Source of the DNA: a virus
DNA: 64,000 nt
Strand: one strand, 5' to 3'
IMG/VR virus record: IMGVR_UViG_3300021185_003351
Location: 64,001 to 128,000 of that record
The translations under genes were made by a program, and so were the position numbers. The notes beneath the pieces were generated by a model. It had not been told where the DNA came from. It saw only the letters and a list, made by a program, of their open reading frames with translations, and made no database searches. Shown here piece after piece: positions 56,235 to 64,000 of the stretch; the stretch's first letter is position 1; the number at the start of each line of letters is the position of its first letter.

Positions 56235-56819
56235 ATGGCAAATAACGTATATACAGTTGTGAGTATAGAAGCTTCTAAAGAAGTTCTTAAGAATTTTGTA
56301 GACAAAATATTTACTCCAGAAGTAGAAGAAGCCAATTGGCAGAAAAAAAGTGATTTATTAGCTGACAATTTATATGGACTATTATATAAAGATTATCCAA
56401 AAGACAATTTAACTAGAGATTGGATGACTGAAAATGTAGGAGCAAAATGGTGTTTTGTACACGATTGGCAAATAGATGATGATATAATTGATTTGACATT
56501 TAATTCAGCATGGTATCCACCTGAAGAGTTGTTTCATGAAATTGCAGATTGGTTTATAAAGCGAGGAGAATTTGAAATGGAAGCTAGAAGTGAAGATGAG
56601 GCGTATTTACATGTTTCAGGAGGATATGCTAATCAAAACGGATCTGAATTTATAATGGAAGATGACAATTTGCCAGAATATCCGGATGAAGATGACTTTG
56701 AGGATAACGAAGATGAATATGCATATGATGAAGCTGTTGATAAGTTTTATGATAAAATTTCTGAAATAAAAGACGACCTTATATTAGAATGTAAACAAGA
56801 TCTTATAGTATACCCATAA
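56235..56819 (+). CDS. YubB/DUF1281-like ferredoxin-fold protein
   Basis: W-x2-ENVGAKW ... FNSAWYPP; acidic tail. Confidence 0.6.
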   Translation: MANNVYTVVSIEASKEVLKNFVDKIFTPEVEEANWQKKSDLLADNLYGLLYKDYPKDNLTRDWMTENVGAKWCFVHDWQIDDDIIDLTFNSAWYPPEELFHEIADWFIKRGEFEMEARSEDEAYLHVSGGYANQNGSEFIMEDDNLPEYPDEDDFEDNEDEYAYDEAVDKFYDKISEIKDDLILECKQDLIVYP

Positions 56820-56820
56820 T

Positions 56821-57774
56821 ATGAAAAGCGGTTACATAAATCCAGTATACAAACTATCATTAAATGATGTATCTAAAGTTCCTGCAAAGATATCTTATTC
56901 ACAATGGTCTATGTTTGAAAAGTGTCCTAGACAATGGAAGCTTTCTTATATTGACAAATTAGCTCCATTTACTCATAGTATAGCAACATGTTTTGGAACA
57001 GCATTTCATGAAACATTGCAAGAATATTTAACTGTGATGTATACTGACTCGGTTAAAGCAGCAAATGAAATTGACTTTCGTGATATGTTGCTAACATGTT
57101 TAAAGATGGAATATCAAAAAGGCGTCAAGGCAAATAATGGCGAACATTTTTCTACTCCAACTGAGTTAGCAGAACATTTAGAAGATGGTGTACAAATACT
57201 AGAATGGTTTACTAAAAGAAGAGCTCAATATTTTTCAACAAAGAATCAAGAGCTTGTTGGAATAGAAGTAGAATTAGGAGTCCCTGCTTCTCCTAGCAAT
57301 AAAAATGTATACTGGTACGGATTTATAGATATAGTAGTTAGAGATACCGTTCAGAATAAAATAAAGATACTAGATATTAAAACTAGTAGAATGGGTTGGA
57401 ATAAATGGCAAAAAGCAGACAAGTTAAAAGCTGCTCAATTGGTTGCATATAAAAAGTACTTTTCAGACCAATTTGGCACTCCAATTGATAATATTGATAT
57501 TGAGTTTTTCATAGTTAAACGAAAACTATTAGAAGAGTCAATGTTTCCTCAAAAAAGGATACAATTACTTAATCCAGCGTCTGGCTCTGTTACTAGAAAA
57601 AAAATACAACGAAGTATTGACACATTTATTGAGTATTGTTTTGATAAAGATGGTAACAAGCAAACAGATAAAAATTATTTAGCTATAGCTGGTAAAGGTG
57701 CAAAACATTGCAAATGGTGTCCTTTTAAAACAGACTATGATAATTGTCCTAAAGAAAATAGGATTCGTGAATAA
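56821..57774 (+). CDS. PD-(D/E)XK exonuclease (RecB/Cas4-like)
   Basis: ISYSQ...CPRQW, FGTAFHE, GFIDIV, ILDIKTS, QLVAY, CKWCPF...C. Confidence 0.88.
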   Translation: MKSGYINPVYKLSLNDVSKVPAKISYSQWSMFEKCPRQWKLSYIDKLAPFTHSIATCFGTAFHETLQEYLTVMYTDSVKAANEIDFRDMLLTCLKMEYQKGVKANNGEHFSTPTELAEHLEDGVQILEWFTKRRAQYFSTKNQELVGIEVELGVPASPSNKNVYWYGFIDIVVRDTVQNKIKILDIKTSRMGWNKWQKADKLKAAQLVAYKKYFSDQFGTPIDNIDIEFFIVKRKLLEESMFPQKRIQLLNPASGSVTRKKIQRSIDTFIEYCFDKDGNKQTDKNYLAIAGKGAKHCKWCPFKTDYDNCPKENRIRE

Positions 57775-57788
57775 TTTTTATTATAATA
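57759..57788 (+). promoter_or_regulatory. Putative early/middle promoter TAGGA-N17-TTATAATA
   Basis: Upstream of 57827. Confidence 0.55.
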
Positions 57789-57826
57789 ATAATAAGTAGT
57801 TTAACAAATAAAAAAGAAACAAATAT

Positions 57827-58180
57827 ATGAAAAAATCAATAATTACAATAGGCTTGTTTTTAATAGCAATTTCATTTTCTGCACAAGAAAAAGGACACAA
57901 AAACACTACCCCTATCAAAGATACTAAGGTTGTAGTTAACCCAATTAAACCAAATGTATTTAATCAAAAAAATAATATGGTTGTAGTCCCAGTTGCTAAT
58001 GTAAAATATCAAACATCAACTACAAGAGCAACATCATCAACTAACAGACCAGAACAGGTTAAAGGTGAAAGAAAAGACAATGTAAAAGTTGTAAATAACA
58101 GATCCAAAAATGCTCCAAAGCCAACTGGTTTAAATCCTGAAAAAGTTAAAGAAGTAACTAAAGAAAGAAACGATAAATAA
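57827..58180 (+). CDS. Secreted, basic, low-complexity protein
   Basis: Signal peptide MKKSIITIGLFLIAISFSA|Q. Confidence 0.6.
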   Translation: MKKSIITIGLFLIAISFSAQEKGHKNTTPIKDTKVVVNPIKPNVFNQKNNMVVVPVANVKYQTSTTRATSSTNRPEQVKGERKDNVKVVNNRSKNAPKPTGLNPEKVKEVTKERNDK

Positions 58181-58181
58181 T

Positions 58182-58427
58182 ATGAATGGGTTATTATTAG
58201 ACGCGTTATATGCAAAATATCATGCAGATAAAGCTGATGCAGTTGCTAGATTAGATATTTACCTAAACAATTCTGTTGGTATTGGAGAACATCCGCAACA
58301 TACAGAAGAAATGGATAATATAGTAGCACAATTTGCAGACGCACAAGACAAATTAGAATCTTTAAAAATGATGCTTTCTCATATAAGCAACGGAAATATG
58401 TCACAAAAAGAACTTTTAAATGACTAA
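58182..58427 (+). CDS. Conserved small phage protein
   Basis: YLNNSVGIGEHP motif. Confidence 0.65.
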   Translation: MNGLLLDALYAKYHADKADAVARLDIYLNNSVGIGEHPQHTEEMDNIVAQFADAQDKLESLKMMLSHISNGNMSQKELLND

Positions 58428-58824
58428 AATTGCAGTTGTTGGAAATAAAGAATGGCAAAATAAAAGAAAAATACAAAAAGTACTGTTAGAACTAAGACAA
58501 AAATTTAAAGAAGAATTAATATTAATTGGAGCTGGCGGGTCTGAAGGAGCAAATTATATGATTAGAAAATTTGCATTAGAATTTGGAATTAAATATCAAG
58601 AATATAATGCATCATATACTGGATATAATTTGTATTCAGCATTACCAGAATCATATTATGGAAAGAATTATCACTTTTCTCAGTTATTACATCGAATGAA
58701 AATTTTAGCTGAAAATTGTGATTATTTAATGATTTTAAATAACCAAATAGATTTGAACCCACAACTGCAAACAGCATATAATAAAGTTACAAAGTTAAAT
58801 AAGCCTGTTGTTGTATTAGGTTGA
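58420..58824 (+). CDS. SLOG/DUF2493-like protein
   Basis: KIAVVGNKEW, IGAGGSEGA, KPVVV. Confidence 0.6.
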   Translation: MTKIAVVGNKEWQNKRKIQKVLLELRQKFKEELILIGAGGSEGANYMIRKFALEFGIKYQEYNASYTGYNLYSALPESYYGKNYHFSQLLHRMKILAENCDYLMILNNQIDLNPQLQTAYNKVTKLNKPVVVLG

Positions 58825-58837
58825 TATTTATATTAAA
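58824..58837 (+). promoter_or_regulatory. Putative late promoter motif ATATTTATATTAAA
   Basis: Heads the glycosyltransferase cluster. Confidence 0.6.
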
Positions 58838-58859
58838 TAAGTTATAAATAAGGACATAA

Positions 58860-60350
58860 ATGGAGTTACCAAAGTTAAAAAAAATAGACTCAAACAAACA
58901 AAAAAAGAAAAAGATATTATTACTAGCTGATGATTTAAGATTACCATCAGGCATAGGAACAATATCAAAAGAAATTGTGTTGAACACAGTACGCCAATAT
59001 GATTGGGTACAAATTGGAGCAGCAATGAATCATCCAGATGCTGGTAAAATGTTCGACGTTTCAAAAGACGTAGCAAAAGAATCTGGAATAGAAGATGCAG
59101 TTGTTAAAATTATTCCATCAAATGGATATGGTGATAGAAACTTATTATTTGCTGTATTACATCAAGAGAAACCAGATGCTATATTTCATTTCACAGATCC
59201 TAGATATTGGGAATGGTTATATGCTATTGAACATGAAATAAAAACAACATTTAATATTCCAATCATATATTATTCAATTTGGGACGATCTACCATATCCA
59301 ATGTGGAATGCGCCCTTTTATGCGAGCTGTGACCTAATAATGGGAATTTCTAAGCAATCTGATAATATACATCGAGAAGTGTTGTTACAGAACGATTATG
59401 GGGTGTATGACTTTGATGCAGAAGAAAATAAAGAAGATCCTGAATTAGAGTGGGATGAAGTTGTAACAGGATATGTTCCACACGGATTAAATCACAACGC
59501 TTACAAGACATTATTAGAGTCTGATGAGTTATATGAAAGATTCTATACTGATATAAAAGTGAAAAATGATGTCGACTTTGTTGTATTTTGGAATAATAGG
59601 AATATTAGAAGAAAACAGCCAGGCGATGTTGTACTAGCTTTCCAGCATTTCAGAAACATGTTACCAAAAGATAAAAAAGATCGAGTAGCTTTATTAATGC
59701 ATACTCAACCGTCTGATTCAAACGGTACAGATATAAGAGCTGTTTGGAAAAACATAGCACCAGAATGTAAAGTTATATTTTCTGAAAAGAAATTAACATT
59801 ACAAGAATTAAATGCAATGTATAATATTTCAGATGTTGTATTAAATATTGCTTCAAACGAAGGATGGGGGTTAAGTAGCACAGAAGCATTATTATCAGGT
59901 ACTCCAATTGTTAATAATGTAACTGGAGGGTTACAAGATCAATGTAGATTTGAAGATGAAAATGGAGAATGGATTACATTTGACGGTACATTCTCGACAA
60001 ATCATAAAGGAAGATATAAAAAACATGGAAAGTGGGTAAGACCAGTATTTCCTTCAAATAGATCATGCCAAGGATCGCCAGTCACTCCTTATATATTTGA
60101 CGATCGTGCACAATTCGAGGATGTAGGAGATGCATTATTATATTGGTGGAATATGCCAAAAGAACAACGAGAAGAATGTGGAGAAGCTGGAAGAGAGTTT
60201 TGTTTAAATCATGGATTAACAGCAAAACAAATGGGTGACAAAATGATAGAAATAATGGATTTCTTATTTAAATATCCAAAAAAATCTAGGCCTAAATATA
60301 CATTAAGAAAAGTAACAAATAAACAATATAAAGAAATGGGAATAGTATGA
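58860..60350 (+). CDS. Glycosyltransferase, GT-B (GT4-like)
   Basis: DDLRLPSGIG, YVPHG, NRNIRRKQP, NEGWGLSSTEA. Confidence 0.88.
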   Translation: MELPKLKKIDSNKQKKKKILLLADDLRLPSGIGTISKEIVLNTVRQYDWVQIGAAMNHPDAGKMFDVSKDVAKESGIEDAVVKIIPSNGYGDRNLLFAVLHQEKPDAIFHFTDPRYWEWLYAIEHEIKTTFNIPIIYYSIWDDLPYPMWNAPFYASCDLIMGISKQSDNIHREVLLQNDYGVYDFDAEENKEDPELEWDEVVTGYVPHGLNHNAYKTLLESDELYERFYTDIKVKNDVDFVVFWNNRNIRRKQPGDVVLAFQHFRNMLPKDKKDRVALLMHTQPSDSNGTDIRAVWKNIAPECKVIFSEKKLTLQELNAMYNISDVVLNIASNEGWGLSSTEALLSGTPIVNNVTGGLQDQCRFEDENGEWITFDGTFSTNHKGRYKKHGKWVRPVFPSNRSCQGSPVTPYIFDDRAQFEDVGDALLYWWNMPKEQREECGEAGREFCLNHGLTAKQMGDKMIEIMDFLFKYPKKSRPKYTLRKVTNKQYKEMGIV

Positions 60351-61636
60351 GAAAATGTGTAATATCAAGTCCATTAGCAACACAATCGGGATATGGACAC
60401 CATGCAAGAGAAGTTATAGAAAATATAATTGAACAACGAGGAAAAGAATGGAATATTAAATTGTTATCAATGCCATGGGGCAATACACCATTAACATTTC
60501 CAATATCAAACGAAATGCGAACTAGAGTAGTTCCATTACCATTAACAGAACAACCAGATATATGGATACAAATAACAATCCCAAATGAATTTCAACCGGT
60601 TGGAAAATTTAATATCGGAGTAACTGCAGTAACCGAAGGCGATATATGTTCAAAAGAATGGATTGATTCTATTAATAAAATGCAAGTTATCATAGTTCCA
60701 TCTGAATTTACTAAATCAGTATTAACAAAAACTGCAGAAAAACATAATATTGCAATTTCGACAGAAATACATGTTATATCAGAATATTTTAATAAAGATA
60801 TATACAATAAAAATAATAGAGCTGAATCAATTGATTTGAGTGAAGTACATGAATCATTTTGTTATTTGTTTGTAGGACATTGGCTTCAGGGATCATTAGG
60901 AGAAGATAGAAAAAATATAACTGGATTACTTCACAATTTTTTAGAAACATTTAAAAACAAAGAAAAAACTCCAGGATTAATATTAAAAACTAGTTCTGCA
61001 ACATACTCTGTTACTGACAGAAGTAAAATGGAACAATATATTAATTCAATTCGTGACTTATTTCCTAAAACTGCTAAACTTCCAAATATATATTTATTAC
61101 ATGGAGATTTATCTGACAATGAAATGAATTCATTATATAATCATTCCAAAGTTAAAGCAATGGTTTCATATACTAAAGGAGAAGGATTTGGAAGACCTTT
61201 ATTAGAATTTGCATCTACAGGAAAACCTATTATAGCACCACACTATTCAGGCCAAGCAGATTTCTTAAAGAAAGAGCATATAGTTGCATTAGCAGGAGGA
61301 TTAACAGAAGTACATCCATCGGCTAGAAATCAATGGATTATTGAAGGATCTAAATGGTTTACTCCCGATTATGCATATTCAAAAAAAGCATTAAAAGAAG
61401 TACATAAACATTACAGCAAATTTATTCCTGGAGCTAGAGAGCAAAAGAAATTTGTTACAGAAAATTTTACGAAAATTGCAATTGCTCCTAGTTATACAAA
61501 GTTAATAGAATTAATTGAAAGTAGAGTAGTAGAAGGTCCTAGTATGCAGCAATTAAAATTGCCACAGCTTAATAAACCAAATCTTAAAACAGTTGAACTT
61601 CCTAAGTTAAAATTACCTAAACTAAATAAAGTATGA
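60347..61636 (+). CDS. Glycosyltransferase, GT-B (GT4-like)
   Basis: TQSGYGHHARE, DRKNI, KGEGFGRPLLEF. Confidence 0.88.
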   Translation: MRKCVISSPLATQSGYGHHAREVIENIIEQRGKEWNIKLLSMPWGNTPLTFPISNEMRTRVVPLPLTEQPDIWIQITIPNEFQPVGKFNIGVTAVTEGDICSKEWIDSINKMQVIIVPSEFTKSVLTKTAEKHNIAISTEIHVISEYFNKDIYNKNNRAESIDLSEVHESFCYLFVGHWLQGSLGEDRKNITGLLHNFLETFKNKEKTPGLILKTSSATYSVTDRSKMEQYINSIRDLFPKTAKLPNIYLLHGDLSDNEMNSLYNHSKVKAMVSYTKGEGFGRPLLEFASTGKPIIAPHYSGQADFLKKEHIVALAGGLTEVHPSARNQWIIEGSKWFTPDYAYSKKALKEVHKHYSKFIPGAREQKKFVTENFTKIAIAPSYTKLIELIESRVVEGPSMQQLKLPQLNKPNLKTVELPKLKLPKLNKV

Positions 61637-62265
61637 AAATAGGATATTTCATAACAGCCTGTAATGAATATGAAGAGTTAAAAAAACTTTTAATATTGTT
61701 ACGAACTAATATAGACAAAAATGACTGTATTGGTGTTTTATTAGATGAAAAAAACGTGACAGATGAAGTTGATTCATTATGCAATCAATTTTTAGTTCCA
61801 AATAATGAGTCTTTTCGGGTAATATACAGTAACTTAGACAATGACTTTGCATCATTTAAAAACTTAGGATATCATTTATTTGATGATTGTGATTGGATTT
61901 TTAATATAGATGCTGATGAATTACCATCTTCAATTTTAATACAAAATATTAAACAAGTTATAAATTTAAATCCAGAAACAGAATTAATATATGTTCCAAG
62001 AATAAATACAGTTGAAGGATTGACACAAGATCATATTAATAAATGGAGATGGCAAGTAAACGATGAAGGATGGGTGAATTGGCCAGATTACCAAGGCAGA
62101 ATATATAAACGATCGCCTATGATAGAATGGAAAGGTAAAGTGCATGAGCGAATAGAAGGAATGAAAAAATATTCACATCTTCCAGCTAAAGAAGAATTTG
62201 CATTTCACCATCCTAAAACAATTGAACGACAAGAGCGTCAAAATAAATTTTATGAAAGTATATAA
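61633..62265 (+). CDS. Glycosyltransferase, GT-A (GT2-like)
   Basis: ITACNE, DFASFKN, WIFNIDADE, WPDYQGRI, VHE. Confidence 0.85.
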   Translation: MKIGYFITACNEYEELKKLLILLRTNIDKNDCIGVLLDEKNVTDEVDSLCNQFLVPNNESFRVIYSNLDNDFASFKNLGYHLFDDCDWIFNIDADELPSSILIQNIKQVINLNPETELIYVPRINTVEGLTQDHINKWRWQVNDEGWVNWPDYQGRIYKRSPMIEWKGKVHERIEGMKKYSHLPAKEEFAFHHPKTIERQERQNKFYESI

Positions 62266-62268
62266 AAA

Positions 62269-63042
62269 ATGAGTGTTACAGTAATATTAAATGGATATAA
62301 GCGTGGTAATCAATTAAATGAACAGTTAGAAGCATTACATAATCAAACTATACAACCAAATGAAATATTATTATGGTATAACAATCCAGGAGATGATTCA
62401 CTAATTAATTATGATGTTATGAGTTCTATACCTACTGCATTATGTAATTATAATTTTGGAGTATGGGCTAGATTTGCATTTGCATTTAACGCACAATCTA
62501 AATATGTTTGTATATTTGATGATGATACAATTCCTGGAAAAAAATGGTTAGAAAATTGTTTAGACACTATGAAGAAAAATGAGGGATTGTTAGGAACAGT
62601 TGGATTATTATATTTAAATCCATTACCACCAGAACAATCATCATATTATGAACATTATCTAAGATTTGGATGGGTTCCTAATGGCAATAATGAAGAAACA
62701 GTTCAAGTAGATTTAGTGGGGCATAGTTGGTTTTTCAAAAAAGAATGGTTGAGTCATATGTGGAGAGAAATACCAGATCCAAAATATAATACATGCGGAG
62801 AAGATATGCATTTTAGTTATATGTTACAAAAATATGCTAATATACCAACATATGTTCCTCCACACCCAATTAATGATAAAGAATTATGGGGAAGTTTAAA
62901 AGGAGCCGAATATGGAGGAGATCAAAATTCAATGTGGGAAACTAATCAATTAAGCAAAGATGGAATACCATTCAAAAACTTAATGAATGAATATTTCCAT
63001 ATTCAACGAAAAAAAGGATGGAAGTTAGTTAATGAAAAATAA
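62269..63042 (+). CDS. Glycosyltransferase, GT-A (GT2-like)
   Basis: TVILNGYKR, YVCIFDDD, GEDMHFS. Confidence 0.82.
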   Translation: MSVTVILNGYKRGNQLNEQLEALHNQTIQPNEILLWYNNPGDDSLINYDVMSSIPTALCNYNFGVWARFAFAFNAQSKYVCIFDDDTIPGKKWLENCLDTMKKNEGLLGTVGLLYLNPLPPEQSSYYEHYLRFGWVPNGNNEETVQVDLVGHSWFFKKEWLSHMWREIPDPKYNTCGEDMHFSYMLQKYANIPTYVPPHPINDKELWGSLKGAEYGGDQNSMWETNQLSKDGIPFKNLMNEYFHIQRKKGWKLVNEK

Positions 63043-64000
63043 AATTTTATTATGTTTCGGGACTAGACCAGAATGGCTAAAAATAAAACCATTGATAAAA
63101 GTTTTAGATAATTATGAATTATTATTTACTGGCCAGCATGTAGATTTACTAAAAGATATACAAGTAGATTATAAAATTAAAATGAACGAAAATACCAATC
63201 GGTTAGATCAACTAGTAAGTGATTGTTTAATACAATTTCCAATCGGAAATTTTGATTCAGTATTAGTTCAAGGGGATACTGCATCTGCATTTGCTTGTGC
63301 AATTGCTGCACTACATCGAAAGCTTAAAATCTATTATTTAGAGGCAGGACTTCGAAGTTATAATTTAAATCATCCATACCCAGAAGAAGGATATAGACAA
63401 ATGATATCAAGAATATCAGATGTTAATTTATGTCCTACAGAGTTATCTCTTAATAATCTAGTAAATGAAAAAGTAAATGGAAAACATCATATAGTAGGAA
63501 ATACCGTATTAGATAATTTATTACCATACAAAGATGAATGCGAATATACTAATAAAGTACTAGTAACATTACATAGAAGAGAGAATCATCATTGGATGGA
63601 TAAATGGTTTATTGAAATAAATAATTTAGCAAAAGAAAATCCAGATTTAGAATTTATATTGCCAATACACCCAAATCCAAATGTACAAAAACATAAACAT
63701 TTACTTACAAATATTAACGTTATAGATCCATTAACACATTCTGAATTGCTAGATATTTTAGTAAAATGTAAATTAGTAATTAGTGATAGTGGGGGACTAC
63801 AAGAAGAAGGGAGCTTTTTTAATAAAAAAGTTATTGTTTGTAGAAAAACAACAGAACGACCGGAAGGATTAGATACTGGCCATTTAATTATGTGCGAAAC
63901 ACCTGATCTATTAAATAAACATTTTGGAAATGTAAATAAAAATTATTATATTAGTAATAAATGCCCATATGGGGATGGCTATTCTTCTATTTACATAAAA
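63032..64000 (+). CDS. wecB: UDP-N-acetylglucosamine 2-epimerase, 3'-partial, not in the ORF track
   Basis: Translated by hand from ATG 63032: CFGTRPEWLK, FTGQH, VQGDT, EAGLRS, PYPEE, VGNT, TLHRREN, SDSGGLQEE, TERPEG. Confidence 0.92.
   Translation, partial: MKNKILLCFGTRPEWLKIKPLIKVLDNYELLFTGQHVDLLKDIQVDYKIKMNENTNRLDQLVSDCLIQFPIGNFDSVLVQGDTASAFACAIAALHRKLKIYYLEAGLRSYNLNHPYPEEGYRQMISRISDVNLCPTELSLNNLVNEKVNGKHHIVGNTVLDNLLPYKDECEYTNKVLVTLHRRENHHWMDKWFIEINNLAKENPDLEFILPIHPNPNVQKHKHLLTNINVIDPLTHSELLDILVKCKLVISDSGGLQEEGSFFNKKVIVCRKTTERPEGLDTGHLIMCETPDLLNKHFGNVNKNYYISNKCPYGDGYSSIYIK

Noticed and set aside
56821-57774. CRISPR-Cas system suggested by the Cas4-like nuclease
   Set aside because: No repeat-spacer array or other cas genes seen; stand-alone RecB/Cas4-like nucleases are common in phages.
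2753-61119. All minus-strand ORFs and short alternative-frame plus-strand ORFs in the track (e.g. 13690-14124, 14365-14772, 36127-36492, 7536-7850)
   Set aside because: They lie within or across convincing + strand genes, have no recognisable motifs, and are the expected antisense shadows of biased codon usage.
1-64000. Stop-codon reassignment
   Set aside because: Standard-code ORFs tile the window densely; TAG and TGA end genes at sensible boundaries (e.g. 7071, 18099, 29670).
1-64000. tRNA or rRNA genes
   Set aside because: Intergenic gaps are short and AT-rich and I saw no cloverleaf or T-loop signature; a tRNAscan run would be needed to exclude them formally.

Overview
A 64 kb segment of a large, AT-rich, T4-like contractile-tailed phage (myovirus). 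Genes are densely packed, all on the + strand, and often coupled by TAATG/ATGA overlaps. Bacteroidota is the probable host (inference). The layout has four parts. 1-18.6 kb: tail fibre and adhesin region with eight LamG/ConA-like lectin paralogues, a cupredoxin-bearing fibre and a 2090-aa adhesin. 18.6-30.3 kb: sheath, tube, assembly chaperones, tape measure and baseplate. 30.3-58.8 kb: candidate internal head proteins, replication and repair genes (PolA-like, SSB, UvsX, RNase H, helicase, class II RNR, PolB, clamp and loader, dUTPase, UvsE, PhoH, GroES), and a split 7-deazaguanine pathway (folE-queD-queE, then dpdL-glycosyltransferase-dpdA, with no queC in the window). 58.8-64 kb: glycosyltransferase and UDP-GlcNAc 2-epimerase cluster. 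Two promoter-like motifs partition the genes: ATATTTATWNWAAA (13 copies, mostly before structural genes) and TTGGA-N17-TTATWATA (10 copies, mostly before replication genes). Top leads: (1) a deazaguanine operon with an embedded glycosyltransferase, whose TGT-fold enzyme ends in the same clamp-binding-like peptide as the DNA polymerase; (2) a candidate virion O-glycosylation system, pairing a late-motif GT cluster with a pervasive [S/T]-[G/A/S]-S motif in virion proteins; (3) a lectin cassette array with near-identical DNA ends and variable cores; (4) a family of proteins with capsid-targeting-like leaders, including a putative nuclease. All assignments come from motif recognition by eye; no searches were run.
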